From NCBI GenBank assembly GCA_903895725.1, contig CAITUV010000048.1, positions 8,474 to 72,473 of the forward strand: a stretch of DNA of 64,000 nucleotides, given 5' to 3'. Below, in pieces: positions 55,993-64,000 of the stretch. Source of the stretch: an uncultured Myxococcales bacterium. Lineage in GTDB: Bacteria; Myxococcota_A; UBA9042; CAIXZC01. The translations under genes were made by a program, and so were the position numbers. The stretch's first letter is position 1; the number at the start of each line of letters is the position of its first letter. The notes beneath the pieces were generated by a model, which worked only from the letters and a program-made list of their open reading frames with translations, did no database searches and was not told the DNA's origin.

Positions 55993-58900
55993 ATGACCAC
56001 TCGCAAGCTGTTTCGGATTACGCTCCTGAGCGTTCTCGTTCCGGCCGTCGGATGCAGCACTTCAGGCAACACGGTGGAGAAACCGGAGCCGGATCTCGGC
56101 ATCGAGGTCGTCGACTCCAGCGTCGCTCCGGAAGTCGTACCCCCGGATGCCATGGAAGTCGAGCCCGAGGTGCCTCAGGTCGAGTTGCTCGTTGAGGCCG
56201 TGGAGGAATCGGGTGGCCCGAAGTGCGCACCGGGCGAAGGGTGCTTCCTGGACCCATGCCAGGAGAACGATTCCTGCCAATCGGGCTGGTGCGTGGACCA
56301 CATGGGGGCCGGAGTCTGCACCATTGCCTGCGAGGAGGAGTGCCCTCCCGGCTGGTCGTGCCAGCAGATCGGCTCGGGTCCCGACGTGAACTACGTCTGC
56401 ATCTCGAACCACGCAAACCTTTGCCGGCCTTGCGGCAGCGGGGACAACTGCAAGAGCCCGGGGGGTGCGGAGGACGTGTGCGTGGACTACGGTGCGGAGG
56501 GCAGCTTCTGCGGGGGAACCTGCAACAGCGACGAGGATTGCCCCTGGGGTTTCTCGTGCATCGAAGCCTCCACGGTGGATGGAATCGAAGTGAAGCAATG
56601 CGTGGCCGATGCGGGAGTCTGCCCGTGTACCGAAAAGTCCGTGAGCCTGGCATTGTGGACCCCTTGCCAGAGCAGCAACGAGCACGGCGTGTGCCAGGGG
56701 CAGAGGGTGTGTACCGAGGCCGGGCTGTCCGCGTGTGACGCGGCTGTGCCCGCACAGGAATCGTGCAACGGCATCGACGATGATTGCGACGGGGAGGTCG
56801 ACGAGCCGCAGCAGGTGGGCGGAGAGTATATTTCGCTCTGCTCGGACGGGAATTCGTGCACGAAGGATCAGTGCGCGGGCGTTGACGGCTGCACTAACAC
56901 GGCGCTCAACGAGGGCGAGTGCATGGACGGAGATGCGTGCACCGTGGGGGACCATTGCCAGGAAGGGACGTGCGTGGGGCTCCCTGTCGCCTGCGATGAC
57001 GGTGACCCCTGCACCGACGACCTGTGCGACGGACTGGGAGGCTGCAAGACCGAGTTCAACACCGCTGCGTGCGACGACGGAGATGCGTGCACGGTCGCGG
57101 ATGGCTGCGTCGAGGGGGTGTGCGGCGGCGTTGCCGTCCCTTGTGAGTGCCAGGCGGATTCCGATTGCCTGTCACTCGAGGATGGCGATGTCTGCAACGG
57201 GACACTGTTCTGCGACAAGGGGAAGTGGCCGTATCTTTGTGCGGTCGAGCCGGGAACCGAAATCACGTGCCCGCTGCCGCCGGCCGGGAAGGATGCGTTC
57301 TGCCAGGCCACTGCGTGCGACAGCGGGACCGGGAAGTGCTCAATCGTCCCGGCTCACGAGGGTTTCGCCTGTGATGACGGGGATGCCTGCACCATCGGTG
57401 AGCACTGCGCCTCCGGAACCTGCGGCCAGGGGGCCGGGCTCGGATGCCAGGACGACAATCCCTGCACGGACGACTCGTGCGAGCCTGGCGTCGGGTGCAT
57501 CCACAAGGCGAACGCTGCACCGTGCAGCGACGGGAACGTGTGCACGACGGACGACATGTGCTCGGCCACTGTATGCGTCGGCGGAGCGCTTCTGGCCTGC
57601 GACGACGGCTCGGTGTGCACCGGCACGGAGACCTGCGATCCTTCCGTCGGCTGCAAAGCGGGCCTCTCCCTCGTGTGCGATGATCAGGACGCCTGCAACG
57701 GAAAGGAGAGCTGCCACCCGGCCAAGGGGTGCCTGGCCGGAATCCCTCCGGTTTGTGACGACTTGAACCCATGTACCGACGACTCGTGCGACCCTCTGTC
57801 GGGGTGCGTTCACAAGGGGAATACCGCCGCCTGTGACGACGGCAACGCCTGCACCACGGGGGACAAGTGCTCGGCAGGAAGCTGCCTCGCCGGTGAGGCG
57901 ACAAGCTGCAACGACGGCAATCTCTGCACGACCGACACCTGCGTGCCGGCCAAGGGATGCATGTTCCTGCTCAACACGGTCCCGTGCGACGACGGCGACT
58001 TGTGCACGACCGGGGACCATTGCTCCCTGGGGGCCTGCATCTCGTCGGGGAAGCTGACCTGCAACGACGGGAATCCGTGCACGGCCGACTCGTGCACCCC
58101 CGGAGCCGGCTGCCAGTTCGTGCCCACCTCGGCCGCGTGCGACGACGGCAATGCGTGCACCTCGGGCGATGCCTGCACCAAGGGCCAGTGCCTCGGGCCG
58201 GACGTGGTGAGCTGCGACGACGACAATGTCTGCACGAAGGACTTCTGCTCCCCGTTGACCGGCTGCGGGCACAGCCCTCTGGCCGGGCCGTGTGAGGACG
58301 GGACCGAGTGCAGCGTCGGGGATACCTGCCAGAACGGAGTGTGCGTGGCCGGGCCACCGCTCGCCTGCGACGATGGGAACCAGTGCACCGTCGACGTCTG
58401 CGACCCCAAGCTGGGGTGCGTGTACAAGGCATTCGTGGGAGGCTGCGACGACGGAAACCCGTGCACCCTGGTGGATGTGTGTCAGGGCACGGTCTGCGCA
58501 CCCGGGTTGCCCAAGGACTGCAACGACGACAACCAGTGCACTACGGACACCTGCGACCCGGCCAAGCTGTGCGTGAACAGCCCGAAGGCCGGCAACTGCG
58601 ACGACAGCAACGCGTGTACGACGGGAGAGGCCTGCCAGGCGGGCGTCTGCAAGGGGGGCACCCCCCTGGACTGCAACGATGGGAAGCCGTGCACGACCGA
58701 CTCGTGCGACCCCCTCCTGGGGTGCGGACACATCGACACTGTCCCGTGCTGCGGGAATGCCAAGCTCGAGGCGGGCGAGGAGTGCGACGACGGAAACATC
58801 GTGGGCGGGGACGGATGCGAGCCTGACTGCAAGCAGTTCACCCCGGTCAGCGTGACGTTCAACAACTGTGGGCAGACGGGCCCGTCGGGGCCAAACCAGA

Positions 58901-59682
58901 GCCAGTGCAACAGCGCCTACTCGGGCAACCCGCTCCTCAACGGCAAGGTGACCGTCACTGCCGGCATCCAGTTCTGGACCGTGCCGTACACCGGGACCTA
59001 CCGGATCGAGGCTTTCGGAGCCAGGGGCGGCTGCAACGGCGGCAACGGTGCGCGGATGCGGGGCGATTTCGCCCTGACTCAGGGCACCCAGCTCAAGATT
59101 CTGGTCGGACAGCAGGGATCGGCTGCCCCCGCAAGCGTGGGCAACGGAGGTGGCGGTGGGACGTACGTGGCGAAGGCCGACAATGCCCCCATCATCGTTG
59201 CGGGCGGCGGTGGAGGAACGGGGCACGATTGCTACGCGGACTACGACATGAGCGGAGTCACCGGCATCGATGGAATCAAGGGCAAGTACGAGACCGCCGG
59301 GCTGGGCGGAGTGAACGGACAGGGCGGCGGATACGGGCTGACCACCCAGGGCGTTCCCAACGCCGGCGGTGGCGGCGGCTTCTACGGGGACGGCGGGAGC
59401 ATCGGACATGCCAATGGCGGGAAGGCCTTCGTGAACGGAGGCGTGGGCGGCTCCACGACCGGAGGATTCGGCGGCGGCGGCGGCTCGGACCAGTTCATCT
59501 ACGGCTGCGGCGCATCGCCACACGGCGGCAGCGGCGGCGGAGGCTACTCGGGCGGCGGCGGCGGCGCAACGAACTGCAACGGCCCGGGCGGTGGCGGCGG
59601 CTCCTACAACAACGGTGCCAACCCGTCCAACTCAGCTGGCGCCAATTCGGGGCACGGCAGCGTGACCATCAATCGCATCTGA
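55993..59682 (+). CDS. Cys-rich lipoprotein with shared N-module, long CDDGNxCTxDxC repeat stalk, myxococcal Cys-rich repeat and a C-terminal ALK/LTK-like Gly-rich domain (about 1229 aa)
   Basis: ATG 55993 after GGAG; lipobox AVGC; CGNAKLEAGEECDDGNIVGGDGC; FNNCGQTGPSGPNQSQCNSAY...GIQFWTVPYTGTYRIEAFGARGG...ILVGQQG. Confidence 0.85.
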   Translation: MTTRKLFRITLLSVLVPAVGCSTSGNTVEKPEPDLGIEVVDSSVAPEVVPPDAMEVEPEVPQVELLVEAVEESGGPKCAPGEGCFLDPCQENDSCQSGWCVDHMGAGVCTIACEEECPPGWSCQQIGSGPDVNYVCISNHANLCRPCGSGDNCKSPGGAEDVCVDYGAEGSFCGGTCNSDEDCPWGFSCIEASTVDGIEVKQCVADAGVCPCTEKSVSLALWTPCQSSNEHGVCQGQRVCTEAGLSACDAAVPAQESCNGIDDDCDGEVDEPQQVGGEYISLCSDGNSCTKDQCAGVDGCTNTALNEGECMDGDACTVGDHCQEGTCVGLPVACDDGDPCTDDLCDGLGGCKTEFNTAACDDGDACTVADGCVEGVCGGVAVPCECQADSDCLSLEDGDVCNGTLFCDKGKWPYLCAVEPGTEITCPLPPAGKDAFCQATACDSGTGKCSIVPAHEGFACDDGDACTIGEHCASGTCGQGAGLGCQDDNPCTDDSCEPGVGCIHKANAAPCSDGNVCTTDDMCSATVCVGGALLACDDGSVCTGTETCDPSVGCKAGLSLVCDDQDACNGKESCHPAKGCLAGIPPVCDDLNPCTDDSCDPLSGCVHKGNTAACDDGNACTTGDKCSAGSCLAGEATSCNDGNLCTTDTCVPAKGCMFLLNTVPCDDGDLCTTGDHCSLGACISSGKLTCNDGNPCTADSCTPGAGCQFVPTSAACDDGNACTSGDACTKGQCLGPDVVSCDDDNVCTKDFCSPLTGCGHSPLAGPCEDGTECSVGDTCQNGVCVAGPPLACDDGNQCTVDVCDPKLGCVYKAFVGGCDDGNPCTLVDVCQGTVCAPGLPKDCNDDNQCTTDTCDPAKLCVNSPKAGNCDDSNACTTGEACQAGVCKGGTPLDCNDGKPCTTDSCDPLLGCGHIDTVPCCGNAKLEAGEECDDGNIVGGDGCEPDCKQFTPVSVTFNNCGQTGPSGPNQSQCNSAYSGNPLLNGKVTVTAGIQFWTVPYTGTYRIEAFGARGGCNGGNGARMRGDFALTQGTQLKILVGQQGSAAPASVGNGGGGGTYVAKADNAPIIVAGGGGGTGHDCYADYDMSGVTGIDGIKGKYETAGLGGVNGQGGGYGLTTQGVPNAGGGGGFYGDGGSIGHANGGKAFVNGGVGGSTTGGFGGGGGSDQFIYGCGASPHGGSGGGGYSGGGGGATNCNGPGGGGGSYNNGANPSNSAGANSGHGSVTINRI

Positions 59683-59696
59683 GAAGAGTCCCGCGA

Positions 59697-62600
59697 TCAC
59701 GGGACGTAGCAGAGGGTTCCTTCGGGCACGTATCCAAGCGCCTGCGCTTCGCTCCACTCCTGCTGGCTGGTGGACACGAAGTGGTCGGAGGCTGCAACAC
59801 TGTATAGGCGGCGCAGCTCCTTGGATGCCTCGGGAATCGGGTTGGCCGCGCAATAGCCCAGCACCCCCTCGTCCTGGTAGGCGGGAGCGCCTTCGTTGCC
59901 GTCCAGGCTCTGGAGGTGATCGAAGCAGCCGCTGCAGTAGAGCTGATGCAGCGCCACGAGCCCCGGGGCCGGTCCGTCGAACAGTGTGAAGTGCTGTCCC
60001 TCGAAGGCGTACCCGGCAGGCGCAGTCGTGTCGGACTTGAACATGTGGTCCGAGTCGCCGCCCTTGTTGCCGTAGAAGCGATAGATGGGGTGCGTCCCGG
60101 GCAGACATGGCAGCTTCTCGTGCTGGCACCCGGCTGCACCGGCGCAGGTATCCATGGTGCACGGATCGCCGTCGTCGCAGTCAGCGTCCTTTCCACATCC
60201 TGGCGCCCCGTTGGCGAACACGCGCACGCGGGCAACCACGCGCACGTTCCCATCGGTATCGGAGGCGGCAATTTCCAGCAGGTGAGGGCAGGGGGACCAG
60301 TCTCCGAGCGGCACGTCCGCCTCGAACCCCACCTGGTTGCACATCGTGTACCCGGGGTAGACCTGGCAGACATCGGGCCGCTGGGTATTGAGCGGAAGCG
60401 AGGCGACCTGCACACCGTCCCTGCGCAGTGCCAGCGAAGCGATTCCCTTGTTGTCCAACGCCCAGCCGGTCACGTGCAGCGTCCCGGAGACGGCCGCATC
60501 CATCTTGGGCGCGTCCAGGGCACCGAACGGGGGCAGCTTGGCATCAAGTGCAGCGGCCTCGGACGCAATCGTTCCGAACGCACCCAGGATCAGGTAGGCC
60601 CTGGCCTTGACCTTGCCGAACGCAGGCAGAGCGAACGAGAACTGCGAGCGAACGTTGTTGAACACCCCGAGCTTCTGCCAGCCCTGGAAGCCGGTCAGCC
60701 GGTTCTCATAGTAGATGCCTACGCCGTAGTCCTTGGACGCGTTCTGCAGCGCAACCCAGCCGCCGGGGCTGGTGAAGTTCTTGAAGTAGAAGCCATCGTT
60801 GCCCGGCCCGTCGACGATGATCTGCTGGCCGTTGGAATCGAGCAGCACCTTGAGGTCCGCCGTTCCACCGGCTCCGTAGACGGCATAGAGCGTTGGGAAC
60901 TCCTGTCCCGTGGCCGGGTGGTCCAGGTCGGACAGGTTTTCCACCGTCATCTTCATCTCGACCACGTGGGTGGCCACGAATCGGAGCCGCTGGGTGTAGG
61001 AGACGTCGCTCTTCATCGCCTTCTTGCCCGGGTCCGAGCAGCCGCCATTCGCACAGGTCGGCTCTTTCCAGTCGGGGTTCCAGAAGAGCGGGCGTACGCC
61101 GGCTTCCAGGATGCCGGGGGCGACGTTGATCCACTCGGTGCCGGAGCCGATGTTGCACTCGTTGCCCCCCTGGACGGGATCCCACCCGAGGTAGGTGATG
61201 CTGGACGGGCACGCCGCCCCCGGATTCGATTGGCAAGTGGCATTCCAGGCGCACCCCTGCATCGCACGAAGCGGATCATAAAGGGCGATCTGGACTTCGC
61301 GGCCGGTATCGTTGGCGTCGATGGTGTTGGTCGTGTTCATTCCCGGCTTCCCCTTGGCCAGGCCGAAGAAGACGATCGTGGAACCCCATTCCCGCCGCGT
61401 GCCCACCTTGATGTAGGAAGTCGGGTCGTGGACATAGTCATCGGTGAAGCCGCCCTCCTTGACCGTTTCGGCAGGGCCCGCTGGCGACAGTGCCCCAAGG
61501 GGATCTTCGGACACGGGCTCGGGCTTGGGAACGTCGATGCAGCCTGCCGCAAAGATGCAGGCTCCTTCCTGGCACACGTAGTCGGGAGGGCAGGCGCCGC
61601 ACGAGCCTGCGCACCCGTCATCTCCGCACTGCTTGCCTCCGCACTGGGGAACGCAGGGGGCCTGCTTGCACGTGCCGCCCTCGCAATCCAGGCCCGGTGG
61701 ACATGCGCCGCAGAAGCCTCCGCAGCCGTCGTCACCGCACTGCTTCCCCTCACACAGCGGTGTGCAGGTGTCCGCAGCCAGGTCGGCCGCCGCATCGGGT
61801 GACTGGCTGTCCTCAACGTCCGCTGGCAGTGTATCCGTGATGAGGGTGTCGGTCGGTCCTGGCGTTTCATCCTTGGGGCTGCCGTCCGGCCCGGCGTCGG
61901 GCTCGGGGGCGTCAAGCAGCTTGATATCGCCAGGGGCGTCCGCAGCCGCAGAGTCGAACGACGTGTTGACCTGATCCTTCGGTTCGTATGAATCATCCGG
62001 AACCATGGCCTCGGGCTCTGGCTGCCGGTCTCCGCTCCCATCCGGGACGTGGGAGGGCACGTCGGCGCCGGGGAAGAGCAGGACATCGGCATCCGCCGAG
62101 CTGCCCCCGGACACGCTTCCGCAGGCCGCAAGGAACAGGGCCGCGAGGAGAAGGCCAAATCCCCCTCTCCAGTGACCGCAGCCTGTCCCGGCTTGTGCCC
62201 CCCGACCACAGCGGGCCCGACTTCCCGAGCCTGGACCACCAATGCCCGAACCTCCTGCCACAGGAGCACGAAAGCGACGAATCACGCCGAGCATTGCCCC
62301 CCCGAGGAGGAGCAGGATCCAAACCGACGCGCCCTCGGAGGGCCCAGGTGCCGCCGAGCAGCCGCCGCTCTTCTTGCCAGAGCCGCCGTCGCCGCTGTGC
62401 CCATCGGCTGGAACCGTGAACCATCCGTCGCCTGCGCCCCCGATTTCCGCGGTGCCATCCTGATTCTCGAGTTCCGACTTGCCGGCCATGCCATCTGCCG
62501 GGAGCACCTCCCCCGCGGCGGAATCCAGCGCCGGGATTTCCGGACCCGGTCCGGAATCCGGGGCCGGCCCCGGCAGGTCGGCGACAAGGTCGGGCTGGCC

Positions 62601-64000
62601 CGCACCATCCGGGGCCTCGACGTCCTGCGGCATCCAGTCCTCCTCCTCTACGACATCCGGCGGAGGGCAGGTCGAGACGCACTCTCCCCAGCTCCCGTCG
62701 GTGCAGAGCTGCAGGCCGTTGGCGCAATCACCTCCTGGTGGAATGCAGGCCTGAATCTGACCGTTGGGGCAAGCGGGGCACCCCTCGTCGACCTGCCCGT
62801 CACAGTCGTTATCCTGCCCGTCGCAGACCTCGTCCGGTGCGGGACCGCACGTGCCGCAGGCGTTGAGCAGCCCCTCGTCGACCTTTCCGTCGCAGTCGTT
62901 GTCCTGTCCGTCGCAGACCTCGTCCGGTGGAGGACCGCACTTGCCGCAGGCGTTGAGCAGCCCCTCGTCGACCTGCCCGTCACAGTCGTTGTCTTTTCCG
63001 TCGCAGACCTCGTCCGGTGGAGGACCGCACTTACCGCAGGCGTTGACCAATCCCTCGTCGACCTGCCCGTCGCAGTCGTTGTCCTGTCCGTCGCAGACCT
63101 CGTCCGGCGCCGGACCGCACGTGCCGCAGGCGTTGAACAATCCCTCGTCGGCCTGCCCGTTGCAGTTGTCGTCCGCTGCGTTGCATACCTCCTGCGCGCC
63201 GGGCTTCACCTGCGGGTTGGCATCGTTGCAGTCACCGCCCGTGGTCTTGGTGAACGGAGCGAGCGGCTCGTAGAGGCACTTGCCCGTGTCGCTGCCTCCG
63301 GCACCGTCGCCGTCTGCATCCTTGTAGTAGGGCGTGCACCAGGTCCCCTGCTTGGGCCATCCGGCGAAGTCGAACACCCCGGCCAGGTCAGCCAGTCCCT
63401 TCTGGCCGACCTGCTTCTCGGTGAATTCCCCGGAGTTCAGGAAGTTGTCGCGCACCGTGCTGCGCAACGTACCCTGGGCCAGCATTCCCATGTACGTTGC
63501 AAATCCTTCGTCGTCCGGCTTTCGAAACAGGATCTGCCAGTAGAGCTCGGTCACGAACTGATTGTCGGAGACCTTGGACATGGCTTCCGGTGAGTTGATG
63601 AATTCGTCGCGGGCCTGCGCCCTGGTGCCGCCTCCGTTCAGGAAGTCCTGGTAGTTCTTCACACCACCGGCATCCGGGTCCCGATGGAGGTAGTGCTTGT
63701 AGAGGAAGGCAATGTACCCGTCGTTGGAAAGGACGTCCTTGGCCTCGGGACTCTCCAGGATGTCATCTCTCACCGCGGAGGGCGGATTGCCGGCAAGCAT
63801 GTCTCCGTAGCTCTGCTTTCCGCTCTTGTCGGGAAGCCTCCCCATGACGTAGCGGTACGCCGCATTGAGGTACGAACCCTTGAACCGGAACTTGATGGCC
63901 CAGGAGGCGGTGAGCTGGATGTACTGCGTCCCGTACTCGAAGCTGTGTGCGATGTCGGTGCTCTCGTGCCACTCGTTCCAGGTTTCGACCGCGGTCACGC
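59697..64000 (-). CDS. 5'-truncated multidomain surface protein: end of a GH99/DUF5010-like domain, DUF4214-like repeats, MopE-type repeats, internal MYXO-CTERM-like segment, second lipoprotein signal, Cys repeats, unknown beta domain, Ig-like and DUF5648-like domains
   Basis: Frame open to the window edge; ETWNEWHEST...EYG; FLYKHYLHRDPD..G / ELYWQILFRKPDDEG; SGGCSA...WILLLLGGAMLGVIRR; LLLAALFLAAC; PFGALDAP...GWALD...RPDV; PIYRFY...DH...GYxxEG. Confidence 0.8.
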   Translation of the reverse strand, partial: VTAVETWNEWHESTDIAHSFEYGTQYIQLTASWAIKFRFKGSYLNAAYRYVMGRLPDKSGKQSYGDMLAGNPPSAVRDDILESPEAKDVLSNDGYIAFLYKHYLHRDPDAGGVKNYQDFLNGGGTRAQARDEFINSPEAMSKVSDNQFVTELYWQILFRKPDDEGFATYMGMLAQGTLRSTVRDNFLNSGEFTEKQVGQKGLADLAGVFDFAGWPKQGTWCTPYYKDADGDGAGGSDTGKCLYEPLAPFTKTTGGDCNDANPQVKPGAQEVCNAADDNCNGQADEGLFNACGTCGPAPDEVCDGQDNDCDGQVDEGLVNACGKCGPPPDEVCDGKDNDCDGQVDEGLLNACGKCGPPPDEVCDGQDNDCDGKVDEGLLNACGTCGPAPDEVCDGQDNDCDGQVDEGCPACPNGQIQACIPPGGDCANGLQLCTDGSWGECVSTCPPPDVVEEEDWMPQDVEAPDGAGQPDLVADLPGPAPDSGPGPEIPALDSAAGEVLPADGMAGKSELENQDGTAEIGGAGDGWFTVPADGHSGDGGSGKKSGGCSAAPGPSEGASVWILLLLGGAMLGVIRRFRAPVAGGSGIGGPGSGSRARCGRGAQAGTGCGHWRGGFGLLLAALFLAACGSVSGGSSADADVLLFPGADVPSHVPDGSGDRQPEPEAMVPDDSYEPKDQVNTSFDSAAADAPGDIKLLDAPEPDAGPDGSPKDETPGPTDTLITDTLPADVEDSQSPDAAADLAADTCTPLCEGKQCGDDGCGGFCGACPPGLDCEGGTCKQAPCVPQCGGKQCGDDGCAGSCGACPPDYVCQEGACIFAAGCIDVPKPEPVSEDPLGALSPAGPAETVKEGGFTDDYVHDPTSYIKVGTRREWGSTIVFFGLAKGKPGMNTTNTIDANDTGREVQIALYDPLRAMQGCAWNATCQSNPGAACPSSITYLGWDPVQGGNECNIGSGTEWINVAPGILEAGVRPLFWNPDWKEPTCANGGCSDPGKKAMKSDVSYTQRLRFVATHVVEMKMTVENLSDLDHPATGQEFPTLYAVYGAGGTADLKVLLDSNGQQIIVDGPGNDGFYFKNFTSPGGWVALQNASKDYGVGIYYENRLTGFQGWQKLGVFNNVRSQFSFALPAFGKVKARAYLILGAFGTIASEAAALDAKLPPFGALDAPKMDAAVSGTLHVTGWALDNKGIASLALRRDGVQVASLPLNTQRPDVCQVYPGYTMCNQVGFEADVPLGDWSPCPHLLEIAASDTDGNVRVVARVRVFANGAPGCGKDADCDDGDPCTMDTCAGAAGCQHEKLPCLPGTHPIYRFYGNKGGDSDHMFKSDTTAPAGYAFEGQHFTLFDGPAPGLVALHQLYCSGCFDHLQSLDGNEGAPAYQDEGVLGYCAANPIPEASKELRRLYSVAASDHFVSTSQQEWSEAQALGYVPEGTLCYVP
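62781..63190 (-). repeat. Near-identical 90-bp coding tandem repeat (4 full copies plus 1 diverged partial)
   Basis: Copies begin at 62781, 62871, 62961, 63051 and 63141; the first two differ at about 8 of 90 positions; encodes DEVCDGQDNDCDGQVDEGLLNACGxCGPxP. Confidence 0.92.

Noticed and set aside
59688-59705. gtcccg-cgatca-cgggac hairpin between convergent genes
   Set aside because: A 6-bp stem without a U-tract in GC-rich DNA is too weak to call a terminator.
1-64000. Mobile elements, prophage, tRNA or rRNA
   Set aside because: No transposase, integrase, RT or phage motifs, no terminal inverted repeats, and no recognisable structural RNA genes were seen.

Overview
High-GC bacterial window. 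MYXO-CTERM-like tails, DNDCDG/MopE-type repeats and dense Cys-rich lipoproteins suggest a Myxococcota/deltaproteobacterial lineage (inference). Two accessory blocks (1-24.6 kb and 47.5-64 kb) encode large Cys-rich surface lipoproteins. Five of them share one N-terminal Cys module and repeat stalks but end in different tips: three DUF1565-like/Gly-rich, one fibrinogen-like and one ALK/LTK-like Gly-rich. A sixth lipoprotein carries a TSP1 repeat and an FGE-type C-lectin-fold tip. Between the blocks is a housekeeping core: an 11-subunit complex I operon (nuoABCDHIJKLMN, no nuoEFG) followed by a small Cys-rich protein, an RhlB-like DEAD-box helicase, a Gfo/Idh/MocA oxidoreductase, a complete his operon with unusual fusions, and purH; tcdA lies just beyond. 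The his fusions are HisC-HAD phosphatase and HisA-HisI-HisE, whose IE part closely resembles fungal His4 and sits directly before hisD. Best candidates for new biology: (i) an apparent polyprotein with an internal MYXO-CTERM-like sorting signal followed in frame by a second lipoprotein signal peptide; (ii) the constant-stalk/variable-tip surface protein family with animal-like tips; (iii) the His4-like his architecture. No rRNA, tRNA, CRISPR array or mobile-element gene was seen. All family assignments are by motif recognition from memory, not database searches.
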